Under the pieces are notes generated by a model, which was not told the DNA's origin, ran no database searches, and saw nothing but the letters and a program-made list of their open reading frames with translations. From Octopus sinensis (lineage: Eukaryota), in assembly GCF_006345805.1 (NCBI RefSeq), contig NC_043020.1:22940001-23004000 (forward strand): a stretch of DNA of 64,000 nucleotides. The letters run 5' to 3'. The translations under genes were made by a program, and so were the position numbers. Numbering within the stretch: the stretch's first letter is position 1; every line of letters starts with the position of its first letter. Below are positions 37,215-48,905 of this stretch, in pieces.

Positions 37215-37565
37215 AATTTACAGAAGCTGTGTTCTGAAGTTGCCGCCTGCATTAGTGCATTCTGCATTGACTACTGGTTGCAGACACATCTTTACCAGGC
37301 AGGTGTGATTTGGCCACTGCTACTGTACATGTTCCAGTATGACTACACTTTGGAAGAGAGCGGCGTGGAGAAGAACAAGAACTCCAATCAACAGGAGGAG
37401 TCGAACCAGTTGGCGTGCCTGTGTGTGGTAGCATGTGCCCGGCTAGCGGGCTACAATAGTACCGCAGACGGCTCGTGTCCCGACAACCCGGCTGTGAAGA
37501 AGTCCTTGTGTGCCATGCTGACTCCATATCTGTCCAGGAAGTTGGCCAATGAAAATCCATTCGAA
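37215..37565 (+). CDS. DNAJC13: DNAJC13 exon (NLQKLC...YDYTLEESGV...MLTPYLSRKLANENPFE)
   Basis: ctcag| ... |gtaagt; largest exon in the window (351 nt). Confidence 0.96.
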
Positions 37566-37683
37566 GTAAGTAGAATTATTGTAAAGACGCAATTCTTGGG
37601 TGCTGCTTTGTAATGTTGACCAAAAATCTTACCATTCTGTCTTCTGTGAGATTATCTTGTACTGTACCATCTAAAGACTGAGG

Positions 37684-38108
37684 GGATCTTTTCGGTTTGA
37701 ACGGCAGTTTTTTCTAGCGGTGTCATATGAAATTGTCACCCATAATTATGAACCTAGTATCGATCTATTGCATTTCAATTTGTTTTAGGGTTAGGGTTGG
37801 TTAGGGGTCGGGGGAAGGGTATCTTTTTTTCTTTACAAATGTAAATAAACCCAATCTGTTTCTTAAACGAGGGACATATTCATACGGCACATAATGTTTT
37901 TTTTACCTCAATAGATGTCATTGATTGGTTGAAATTGCAGAAATTGAAGAAAAACAACTACAAATATCTTACAAACAATAGAATTTTCTCAATAAAGCCA
38001 AGAGAAAAAGATGTTTTTTATAAACACATTCTACCAGTATACGAAGTTTAAAATTTTTTAGTTACCTAGAAATTATGTTAAAAACTGCCGTTCAAACCGA
38101 AAAGATAT
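37684..38108 (+). mobile_element. Same MITE family, full length
   Basis: Both TIRs; perfect 8-bp TSD gactgagg. Confidence 0.88.
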
Positions 38109-38119
38109 GACTGAGGATA

Positions 38120-38365
38120 TTTCGAGGGCGATTGAAGCTGCTATTGTTTTTGTTAAGCAACAAGAAGGGTAAGGGTGATTAGGTGATGGTCTAGGGCTTA
38201 TTGGTGGGAGACCCAGACCTTGGAAAAAAAAAAGACTTTGGTTGTCTTGTAGTTGAGGGCTCTTCATTGATGCCCGACACCACTGGGAGGTGGCCCTCGA
38301 AGTCGCTGGAAATGGAGATCTCCAGGTCCAAATTCTTCAACAGCGATTGAAGCTGCTGTTTTTAA
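38120..38365. repeat. Unclassified interspersed repeat (copy of 1470-1765)
   Basis: Shares gttaagcaacaaga..gaccttggaaaaaaaa..ggtggccctcgaagtcg..gagatctccaggtccaaa. Confidence 0.6.
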
Positions 38366-38912
38366 CAGGTCAAGTAGTAATATAGTGATCCTGTGTCTGT
38401 CTCGCCCTTTTGCAGTGTGTGTTTGTGTATATATATGTATGTATATGTTTGTCTGTGTGTGTGTCTATGTATGTGTAAATATGTATGTATGTAGGTGCAT
38501 GGCTCAGTGGTTAGAGTGTCGAGCTTACAATTGTGAGGTTGTGAGTTCGAATCCCGGACCAGGCTATGTGTTGTGTTCTTGAGCAAGACACTCACCTGTA
38601 GAAATGTGTTGCGACGTCAGAGGTGCCAAGCTGTATCGGCACCTTTGCCTTTCCCTTGGATAACATCGGTGGCATAGAGAGGGGAGGCCAGTATGAATGG
38701 ACAACTGCTGGTCTTCCATAAACAACCTTGCCCGGACTCGTGCCTAGGAGGGTAACTTTCTAGGTGCAACCCATGGTCAGTCATTACCAAAGGGGGTCTC
38801 AGCTGCATATGTATTTATTTGTGTATATGTGTACATGGACACACAGACATGTGCACACATACAGATGTATAACTGCTGTTATAGTTAATATTTTCCATGT
38901 TCTCTTTGTCAG

Positions 38913-39017
38913 CTTCTAAAGTTGTTGAACAGTAATACAGAGAACCCTTACCTAATATGGAATAATTCCACACGGACACAACTCACAGAGTATTTGATTG
39001 ATCAGCAACTGAAGAAG
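38913..39017 (+). CDS. DNAJC13: DNAJC13 exon (LLKLLNSNTENPYLIWNNSTRTQLTEYLIDQQLKK; IWN repeat 3)
   Basis: gtcag| ... |gtaagt. Confidence 0.95.
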
Positions 39018-39110
39018 GTAAGTAGACATGTGTATGTATGTATGTATATAAAAGTATGTATGTCAGTTTGTATATGTATGTATATGTATATATATATATA
39101 TATATATCTA

Positions 39111-39154
<44 letters not shown>

Positions 39155-39619
39155 TACATGTGTGCGACATAGTGATCTCATATCAAGATAAACAGCACAT
39201 GACCTTGCAGGTGGGGCCCAGTTAGAATTTTCTTCAGGTTGAGTAGCCCATCCCGCTCAAAAGGTCCCTGAATAAGGGTTGTTTAAGGATGTTGAAAGAA
39301 CCACCCATGTTTCCAGAGGTGAATTATTCAAACCCCAAAGAATCCCTCTCAACACATGGCTATGATGCTCCCCCACTACTTCTGCTCGTGATCAGAGATG
39401 CACATATCGTCAGCCACTAAGGGACATGCTCAACTGGTTAAGGTCAAACAACTGACTAGCAAATCTGTGGTATTGAGCAGAATATTTGCTGTAGCCCATC
39501 TTTTATACCAAGACAAAACAATGTACATGATAACACTTCCAATCAGATAAGATCAGGAGCCATGAGAGCCACTGCCTGGTACTGCATCAGGGCATTTATT
39601 ATTATTATTGTTATCATTA

Positions 39620-40490
39620 TGCTTTGTGGCATTTCTTACAGCATTACGTTGTGAGTTCAAATTCTGCTCAGGTCGACTTTGCCTTTTGTCCTTTTGGGGT
39701 TAATAAAATAAGTACCAGTTGAGCACTGGGGTCAATGTGATTGACTTACCCACTCCCTTAAAATTTTTGGCCTTCGGGCAAAATTTGAAAACCAGCATTA
39801 AGGTGGTGAGCTGGCAGAATCATTAGCATGGAGGGCAAAATGCTGATCAACATTTTGTGCATGCTCATGTTCTGAGTTCAAATTCTGCCGAGGTCGACTT
39901 TGCCTTTCATCCTTTCGGGGTTGATAAATTAGTACCATTGAAACAGTGGGGTCGATGTAATCGACTTGTCCCTTCCCCACAAATTCCAGGCTTTGTGCCT
40001 TCAGTAAAAAGGATTATTGTTATTATTAAGGCGATGAGCTGGCAGAATTGTTAGCACCTGGGTGAAAAGCTTAGCGGTATTTCATCTGTCTTTACATTCT
40101 GAGTTCAAATTCCGCTGTGCTCCACTTTGCCTTTCATCCTTTCAGGGTTGATGAATTAAGTACCATTGAAACATTGTGGGCGATGTAATTGACTAGTCCC
40201 CACACCCAAAATTTCGGTCCTTGTACTTTTAGTATAAAAAATTATTATTATTATAATTAAATCAGCAAGCTGGCAGAATTGTTAGGACATCAGGAAAAAT
40301 ACTTGGTGGAATTTTTTCCAAGTCTTTACATTGTGAGTTTAAATCCCGTCAATATCAACTTAGCCTCTCATTCTCTCTTTTTTTTCTTGGTGGTAATGTG
40401 GGTGAGAAAATAATGTACTTGTCATTTACTGGGGCAGAGTAAATATAACCCCTCCCCTCAAATTTCTGGCTTTGTGCCATAACTAAAGAG
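39620..40490 (+). mobile_element. Four tandem family B SINE copies
   Basis: Repeated heads gagctggcagaat..gagttcaaatt. Confidence 0.75.
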
Positions 40491-40930
40491 AACCATTATA
40501 GCTATTTTCAATAAGTTTTCTGCCTAGGGCTCCAAGTTCAATTCCATGTCTCCTGACTACAGAATAATTTTTCTCTTTGTGTGTGTTTTCCTGCATTTTG
40601 TGTTTCCATTCTACAGTTTGGTGGTTATTTTAAATTGTCCCCTCTCAAAAGAAGCTTCTGTATGGACTGTTCTCTACATAATAACGTCAGCGCTTCTATA
40701 TGTCCTAAGCACTGTACAGGGAGAGGGTTGTGCTGTTGCAGTGTATATAGAGATGTTGTATATATATGCAGTTGTATTGTGTGTTTGCATATGTATATAT
40801 AGAGGTGTATATGTCCTGTGGTATTTTATTTATATATGCACAGATGTTATACATGTTGTGTAGTATTGATGTAGATAGAGCTGTATATATCCTATTATTT
40901 TTATGTATGGGTGTGAGATGTACATATATA

Positions 40931-40967
<37 letters not shown>

Positions 40968-41005
40968 TTATTTATTTATTTTCTCTCTCTGTTTATTTCT
41001 GTGTT

Positions 41006-41042
41006 CCTTTCTGTTGAAGAGCGTAGGCTCGAAACATAAAGG
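41006..41042 (+). ncRNA. Hammerhead-like motif with CUGUUGA core
   Basis: ccttt CTGTTGA a gagc gtag gctc GAAA ca TA aagg. Confidence 0.55.
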
Positions 41043-41141
41043 ATTTTCTCACATCCCGAGCGTTAAACTAATACATCTGTTTGCTCTTTACACACCTGTC
41101 TTTGTCTTTTGTTTTGTTTGTTTTTCTTTTGTAAGTTCCAA

Positions 41142-41188
<47 letters not shown>

Positions 41189-41775
41189 ATATGATGATAA
41201 TATATTGAGAAAGAGAGTGATGTTATATGTCATGTAGTAATATATATATACACAGAGCGTTGTATATGTCCTGTAGTATTGTATATATGTATATAGAAAT
41301 GTTATAATGTTCTGTATTATTGTTTCTGTGTGTGTATATAATATATATGTGTGTGTTTTTGTGTGTGCATATATATATATATATGTTTGGTTGTCCAGAA
41401 AGCTCAGTAATATATAAGGAGACTGTTCTTTGTTATATATATGCAATTCCATGAGATATTTTGTCATTTATGTTTGTTTTTTTTTTAGTTTTTTCTGTCA
41501 CTAATATCCTTGGGCAGTTTTAGTTTTGCTGCTCATCCTCCCAAGAATGATTGAATTAATTACTAATTAATTACAAGAGTTAACCGAATTAACTGTTGCC
41601 TGTTCCTGAGTTGCTCTCTGTTAGAAATCCTTGTTTGTGTTCGTTCATTTTCCATTCACCCGACTTCTTTCTATGTATCTTTCCTTTGTTGACCATCTAT
41701 GTCACAGAGTTGGGGTCTCTGTAGCTGACCAACTGAAACTGGGCATCTGCAAAGCCCTTTTCTGCTCACCTTATA

Positions 41776-41997
41776 TATGAAGGAGTGCCAAAAAGTTTCT
41801 GGATTTGGGTAGAAAAAAAATACAGGAGGACCAGTTAATTATGATTTTATTCAACATAGCCTCCTCTCAGTTTCACACATTTATTGCAGTGGTCCTTCAG
41901 GTTTTCTAAGCCCTGTAAAAGAACTCGGAAGGTTGGGCCTCCAAACTGGCCTTTCACGATGCCCTTAAAGCCAGGTACTTGTCAGCTCCCTCTTGTA
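41776..41997. mobile_element. Mariner-type MITE
   Basis: TA-flanked imperfect TIRs tatgaaggagtgccaaaaagtttctggattt / aaagccaggtacttgtcagctccctcttgta. Confidence 0.7.
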
Positions 41998-42039
41998 TGT
42001 TCTGTTCTGTGACCTTGATGAATCAATTCTTCTTGTCTT

Positions 42040-42270
42040 GAGACAGCATTCACCCAGGGTGGGTTGAGCTGGCTTCATTCATCCTCAATGCTGCATCTCT
42101 CACAAACGCCGACCAGGCCTGGCGATTTGAGGCTTATGACCGCACGATCTCCAACCACTCCTTATTCCAGCGGCGAACGCTGTAGACATGGGGCCTAGGT
42201 TGGGTTCCAGATCAGCCTTGACTGTCATCAGTCAGGTTTTTCGTTTGTCCACCACATCGCTTTCGCTATA
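42040..42270 (-). mobile_element. RTE LINE 3' end (decayed)
   Basis: Minus-strand RRWNKEWLEIV..ASNRQAWSAFVRDA; shares the cacccaggg terminal motif with the bipartite element. Confidence 0.7.
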
Positions 42271-42722
42271 CTACCACCACTACTAGAACTACTGTTACAG
42301 GTGCCATTGGTACCTCCACATCATCTACTACTCAGATATCATTACCATACCAAAACCACCACCACCACCTCCTGTATTAAGACTGCTACCACAACTATCA
42401 ACCACTACTACTACTACAATTACTTTCACATTTGCAAGCACTATTACTAGTTACTATTTAGAGCTACCACCACCACCACCTGTACTGCAACATTTAGTTT
42501 ACTGTTACTACATCTGTTCCTACTACTGCCTCTACTACTACCACCACCACTACCACCACTACTACTACTACTACAATAACTACTACTACTACTACCACCA
42601 CCACTACCACCATTAGAACTATCACTACTATCAAACACTACTACTACTACTACTATCACTACTACCACCACTACCAGTATCAGAACTCCCATCACTACTA
42701 TGAAATACTACTACCACTACTA

Positions 42723-42762
<40 letters not shown>
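42270..42762. repeat. (CTA/CCA)n microsatellite
   Basis: Direct reading. Confidence 0.92.
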
Positions 42763-42845
42763 CACTGCTGCTGCAGAACTTATCTCAGTGAGTTTGTTGA
42801 AGAATATTAATTTATATTAAAATCCGAGTTTTGCCATTTTTCCAG

Positions 42846-42908
42846 AAATTGTTTCTAGACGCTTCAACATGCCTCAGAGACAACAGCTTTCTACAAATTG
42901 GTGAGATG
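42846..42908 (+). CDS. Candidate alternative cassette exon of DNAJC13 (KLFLDASTCLRDNSFLQIGEM)
   Basis: ttttccag| 63 nt, open, phase 0-0 |gtgcgt inside a phase-0 intron; downstream TGCATG/TGCATC cluster; no homology support. Confidence 0.3.
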
Positions 42909-43447
42909 GTGCGTAACGACTGTATATTAAAATTAGGCACTCTGCATGTAAACCAGTGTGCATCCGTTTTAACCATAACTGCATCTCTGTGCATCTGTTT
43001 AAATTTTTTTTCTCTTTTTTTTTTTTTTTTTTGCTGCATTCCATAACGTTTCCTCTCAGCAATAACAAAATTGATTCAGTAATTTTTCCAACTAACGATG
43101 ATTCTTTGAAATCTACCTTGTTTGTGTTTTGCCGTCGTCCTTTGTCGTCTGCTTGCGTCAGTCATTGGGTTTACGACCTTGCTGGAGCACCACCTCGATG
43201 GGTTTTCAGTTGAACAAGCCAATCCCTGCTCTTGTCTTTTTGTAAGCCTGTGCTATTGATTCTATCAGTTTCTTTTGCCAGACTGGTGAATTACGGGGAT
43301 GTAAACGAACCAGCACTGGTCAGCAAGGAATGATGGAGAAGGCCACCATAGAGTATATGTGTGTGTATATATATATATATATGTATATATATAAGAAATT
43401 AAAAAAGGAAAATACGCACACTTACATGGTTTTAATATAATTTTTAA

Positions 43448-43484
43448 TATATCGACCGGTTTCGCTATCGCTATTCATGATATA
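43448..43484 (-). ncRNA. Hammerhead-like motif with AUGAAUA core
   Basis: tatatc ATGAATA gc gata gc GAAA ccgg TC gatata; all three stems pair perfectly. Confidence 0.6.
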
Positions 43485-44194
43485 ATGTTTAATTTATATG
43501 AATATATATTTTTTCTTAAGAAGAAATTTGGTCCATGTATATATATATATACATATATATATAGTGAAGGCATGTGGCAAAGTGGTTAGGCAGTTAGACT
43601 CACGATTGCTAGATTGTGAGTTCAATTCCTTGACTGGGCGGCGCTTGTGTTCTTGAGCAAAACTCTTCATTTCACATTGCTCTACCCCCCCTCCCCGATC
43701 AGTGGGGATTGTTGGCATGCTTGCCTAGCCAACGGGGTGGTGTTATTTGAAGGCTAAAACAATACAAAAGCGCATTGTGACCAGCGATGTGTAATGATAT
43801 CTAATAGCCTAGTCAGTCGTGTAATCATGTGGATACATATATAACTGGGTGGTAAGAAGTTTGCTTGCTAATCATGTGGTGTGACACTTCAATGAAAAAC
43901 TACTGTTTCTGTGTTGCAAGTACTTTTTTTGAAAATTATCCAAAATTATTAAGGATTTCTTGTGAAATAACTTTGCCGTTAATTTAGTTAGTGTTTGAAG
44001 CAAAATTAAGTGAAATGCTCTTAAGATATATGGTGGAAGGTTTTAATTTGAAGGTGGATCTTTTAAAACAAAAGGTCCTGGGCCAGATGTGATGTCATTT
44101 GGTCTCGAAAAGAGTCAACTTTGCATTCTATTTACACACCTCATCTGTTGAATCGTTAATACGTCACCTGGCGTGTAGAGTCTATTAACGTTTT

Positions 44195-44247
<53 letters not shown>

Positions 44248-44679
44248 TTCCTCCTTATTCTTGTGTGTTTTTTGCTGTCTGTCTATCTATATGCTTGTCT
44301 CTATCTGTCTCTCTGTCTCTTTGCTTGTGTGTCTCCTGTCTGTCTGTCTCATTTTATCTCTCATTCTCTCCCTCCCCCCTCTCTATGTCTGTCTCTGTCT
44401 CTCTTCCCTTTGCTTGTATGTCTCCTGTCTGACTGTCTCATTTTATCTCTCATTCTCTCCCTCCCCCCTCTCTATGTCTGTCTCTGTCTCGTCTTCTGTC
44501 TGTCTTTCTCACTTTTTGTTTTGATATATGTATCTCTCTCCCCCTCTCTCTCTCTCCCCCTCTCTCTCTGCCCATCTGCTTGCCTGTCAGTCTCACACAT
44601 TACCATGCCTATGTTATGAACTTTGTTATTTTCATTCTCTGATTGTGTTGCTTGGTTTATCTGTGATAGGGGTCTGGAT

Positions 44680-45090
44680 GGGCATGGCATTGGTTGGGTG
44701 GGCGTGACATTGGTTGGGTGGTGTGGCATTGTTTGGGTGGGCGTGGCATTGGTTGGGTGGTGTGGCATTGGTTGGGTGGGCGTGGCATTGGTTGGGTGGG
44801 TGTGACTTTGGTTGAGTGGGTGTGGCATTGACTGGGTGTTGGCGATGTTAGCCTGGCAGGTGTGGTGTCATTCAGGCAGGTGTGGGGTTGACTAGGTGGG
44901 TGCAGCATTGACTTAGCAGCTGTGGTGTTGGCCTGCTGGTGTACAATCGGTCAGGCAGGTGTGGGGTTGATCAGGTGGATGTACCATTGGCTGGGTGAAT
45001 GTAGCATTGGCCAGGCAAGTGTGGAGGATTGACCAGGTGGGTCCAGCGTCAGCTGGGCAGGTGTAGTGTTGGTCAGGTGGATCTGGTGTT
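44680..45090. repeat. G-rich minisatellite (gtggcattggttgggtgggc units)
   Basis: Units of about 19-20 bp, decaying toward the 3' side. Confidence 0.85.
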
Positions 45091-45504
45091 ATTCCATTAA
45101 CTCCTTAAATTTGTGTTTATTACTTCAAATTGTCTGGGGGAGCGAAGTTTGGTCACTGGAAATGATGTAGAAGCCCATTGTGACTATGTGTATATATGTG
45201 TTGTTCATGTATAACCACAAAAAAATATAGCACCAAAGACAAACTGGTAAACGAGAATATTCCCACCACTTCCGTAAACACCCTGTGCCAGTTCTTCCTC
45301 CCAAATTATACGGACAATCCCTTGTGTTCTTATTATAAATACAGTGAACCCCAGTGACTATCACTGTAGATCTGGTAATGACCAAATGGATATAATTCAA
45401 GGCCTGTAGAATGGAGTCAAGGCACAGCTCTTGGTCCTATACAAGGTTTTGGAGGTTGATGGGGGAAGCAGGCAGTGATATTTAGTTACCACTCTATTGG
45501 GGGT

Positions 45505-45550
45505 GACTGTGGTGGTGGGAATAGTAATAATAGTAGTAGTGGTGGTGATG

Positions 45551-45595
<45 letters not shown>

Positions 45596-45722
45596 ATTGT
45601 AGTAGTAGTAGTAATGGTGGTGGTGATGGTAGTAGTAATGGTGGTGGTGATGGTAGTAGTAGTAGTAGTAATGGTGGTGGTGTTGGTAGTAGTAGTAGTA
45701 GTAAGAGTGGTTGTGATGGTAT
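45505..45722. repeat. (TAG/TGG)n microsatellite
   Basis: Direct reading. Confidence 0.92.
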
Positions 45723-45786
45723 GTGTGCTGGTATGGTGTGTTACAGAAAAAAAACGCTAAATGTCTGAATTTCTCATTTCTTCCAG

Positions 45787-45903
45787 GGAGATTGTGATCC
45801 TGACTATGGTGCTAAGTTTGTATTCAAGGATCATGAGAAGGAACTGGTTGTTGGCGAAATCTTTGTGCGTGTCTACAATGAGCAGCCCGCTTTTGTACTT
45901 GAG
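45787..45903 (+). CDS. DNAJC13: DNAJC13 exon ([39 protein letters not shown])
   Basis: tccag| ... |gtacgt. Confidence 0.95.
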
Positions 45904-45985
45904 GTACGTGCAGTTTCAAATCTCGTGTACCTCTCCTCCATATTTTTTTTTATTAAAAAAAAAAAGAGCTGCATCAAATATGATA

Positions 45986-46289
45986 TCTTTATATATAAAA
46001 CTGATGTTGTGTGAGAGTCTGTCTCCTCCGATTTAGATTCATAACTACTCCCACATTTTGCAGTGCAGTTTAACCAAAAGCGGGTATCTTATAGTCGTGA
46101 TTCATATCGAGCCCTTCTGGGTATTAGCGCGCGTCTACGATGAGTCTACGATTTAAAAAAAAATTTACCATCATATTTTCGTTTCTTTATGCATTTTTTG
46201 CTCGGTTTATATAAGGGAAGTAACTCTCTAAAAATGCTTATATAGTTATTTCCCTTACAAATCCGAGCAACGCCGGGCGATACTGCTAG
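45986..46289 (+). mobile_element. Non-autonomous Helitron
   Basis: A|TCTTTATATATAAAA 5' end; 3' hairpin ccgagcaacgccggg followed by CTAG|T. Confidence 0.8.
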
Positions 46290-46392
46290 TTAATAATAAA
46301 TCTCTGAATGAGATGTAAACAGTAACTGCATGACAATGCCCTTATGGTATTTGCAAAGAGAGGTCACCCTTCCCTAGTCAACCTAAGTGATA

Positions 46393-46437
46393 CGCACAGA
46401 CTGCAGTTTCTAGGTATTTGCCTGTCTTCAGCGTACG
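46393..46437 (-). ncRNA. Intact minimal hammerhead ribozyme motif
   Basis: cgtacg CTGAAGA c agg caaata cct a GAAA ctgcag TC tgtgcg; palindromic stem III ACTGCAGT. Confidence 0.78.
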
Positions 46438-46725
46438 GCAATCACTGGTTTTCGATGAAGGGAGTCCGTTTGCAAATCATTATATATCGTTTTTCCTGTA
46501 ACTTTTCGTCACTCATTTTGAAAAACTGTCTGCAAGCTACAGTAACACCCACCCTTAGTGGTTAGCCATATTGAGATGGCTAGTATACCTTACAAATATG
46601 ATATTGTTATTAAGATAACGAGCTGGCAGAATCGTTAGCACACCGGGCAAAATGCTTAGCGGCGTTTTGTCTAGCTTTACGTTCTGAGTTCAAATTACTA
46701 GTCAAGCACTAAGGGTTGACATAAT

Positions 46726-47213
46726 CAGCATCATCATCATTGTTAGTCCGTGGTCGAGACAACAGAATTTACTATGCTACGCCAGACTTCACGGTCCATC
46801 ATAGCATTACGGAGGTCCTGTTGCTGGATGCCTGTATCCCTGGAGTTTACATCAGAGTAGGAGAGTGTGCACCCTCTGGTATTGTGAGTAGATGGCTTCC
46901 AGAGGAGAAGAGCAGAAATTACCTCATTTTCAGCTCTACAACAATGTCCAGCAAACTGGACTCTTCTACCTTTCACAAGAGATGATACAGGTGGTAGTTT
47001 CCCATATATTTGTACTTTGGTTGGATGACGCTTCCACAAGAGATTTTGAGCTCTCATAAGGAGGCGAGTGTAAGTTCCATCCAACCGCCTCTCAAGCTTC
47101 TTTGATGACGTCCAGGTTTCTGAGCCATGTAGTAGAATTGTGGCTTTGAAGATTTTAAGTTTGAAATCTCTACTTAGATTTGATGACCAGATCTTATGCA
47201 TATCATATAGCTA
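46726..47213 (-). mobile_element. RTE-like LINE 3' fragment with TSD
   Basis: ORF 46743-47201 (KLKIFKA..LLHGSETW..RLDGTYTRLL..FAGHC..DREVWR); (GAT)n tail; TSD gttgacataat at 46715-46725 and 47214-47224. Confidence 0.88.
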
Positions 47214-47439
47214 GTTGACATAATAGACTAGCTATAATATAAAGGATTAGGACGGTGAGCTGCCGGAACCATTAGCACACCGAACAAAATGCTGAACGGC
47301 ATTTTGCCCATCTGCGTATTCTGAGTTCAAATTCCGCTGAGGTCGACTTTGCCTTTCATCACACACACACACATATATATACACACACACACTGAACATG
47401 ATCTGACCTTTAGATTAACTCTTTCTTTTCTTTTTCCAG

Positions 47440-47493
47440 AACCCCAAAGGTTTTACAATTGACCTTTTAGACTTCCTTGGTTCTGAAGCTCAG
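47440..47493 (+). CDS. DNAJC13: DNAJC13 exon (NPKGFTIDLLDFLGSEAQ)
   Basis: tccag| ... |gtaaat. Confidence 0.93.
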
Positions 47494-48073
47494 GTAAATA
47501 TATTATTATTTTTATGTATTTTCTTATAATCACCTGTTATTATAACAGCCAGGTATGGCTGCACAGTAAAAAGTTTGCTTCTCAACCCCTATGTGGCGCC
47601 TTGGGCAAAGGATTTCTATATAAGATGGGCTACAACAGATATTCTGCTCAATACCACAGATTTGCTTGTCAATTGTTTGACCACAACTAATTGAGCATGT
47701 CCCTTACTTCTGATCACTAGCAGAAGTGGTGGGGGAGCATCATAGCCATGTGTTCAGAGGAATTCTTTGGGGTTTGGATAAGTCACATCTGGAAACATAG
47801 GTGCTTTGTTCAACATCCTTAAACAACCCTTATTCAGGTACCTTTTGAGCGGGATGGGCTACTCGACCTGAAGAAAATTCTAACTGGATCCCTACCTGCA
47901 ATGTCATGCGCTATTTATCTTGATATGAGATCACTATATCGGGCACATATGGTTGTGATGCATGTGGCTGATGTACCCTTATCAGGCGGGTAGCCATGAT
48001 GGGTATACTGGGCTTCATATATTTTACCCCAGTGTCACTTTGATGACATGCACTGCTCTCTCACTCAATAATA

Positions 48074-48110
<37 letters not shown>

Positions 48111-48409
48111 GACCTGGAAATAGAAGTAACTTGAATGTGGAATCTAAAAGCAGAAACAATTTCTATCATCGTGGGTGCATTAGGTATGATAAAAAAATAT
48201 TCAGACAAATACATAACAAAAACACCAGGACTTACAAACACATATAACATACAGAAAATTGCACTACTGGGCACTGCACACATCCTATGCAGAACACTTT
48301 CAATACAGTAAACATCAGAGCATCACAACAAATCACAGCACATACCCAAGGCACACAGAGCTGCGCTCGGTAGTGAAGTGAAAGCACGCTATAAAAATAA
48401 AACTACTGA
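48111..48409 (+). mobile_element. R4/Dong-clade LINE 3' end inserted in (TAA)n
   Basis: DLEIEVT*MWNLKAETISIIVGALGMIKK...IQKIALLGTAHIL, the restriction-like endonuclease C-terminus; (AAT)n on both sides. Confidence 0.85.
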
Positions 48410-48697
48410 ATAATAATAATAATAACAATAATAACAATAATAATAATAATAATAATAATAACAACAATAATAATAACAGCAACAGCAACAACAATAATAA
48501 TAATAATAACAATAATAACAGCAACAACAACAATAATAATAATAACAGCAACAACAACAACAACAATAATAATAATAACAGCAACAACAACAACAATAAT
48601 AATAATAATAACAACAGCAACAACAACAACAACAACAATAATAATAATAACAACAGCAACAACAACAACAACATAATAATAATAATAACAACAATAA
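48409..48697. repeat. (AAT/AAC)n microsatellite
   Basis: Direct reading. Confidence 0.95.
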
Positions 48698-48772
48698 TTT
48701 ACATAACTAACATATGCTGCAGTTGTGTTTTCCAATGTTTAATACCATTTCAATGGTTTTGTTTTTTTTCAG

Positions 48773-48905
48773 TATCTGTACTCTTTGATGGCTCTTCAGC
48801 AACAAAACCGTAACTTTGGCAGTGGACAGGGAAGTACGAGTGACCGATTAAAGAATGTTGAAATGGCCCTGGAAGCTTTGAGAAATGTGATAAAAAATAA
48901 TCCTG
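48773..48905 (+). CDS. DNAJC13: DNAJC13 exon (YLYSLMAL...VEMALEALRNVIKNNP)
   Basis: ttcag| ... |gttagt. Confidence 0.95.

Noticed and set aside
42777-42787. ctgcag|AACTTATCTCA|gtgagt as the microexon supplying the missing 3 aa
   Set aside because: It is 11 nt, so it does not preserve frame alone, and it has no polypyrimidine tract; worth revisiting only with junction reads.
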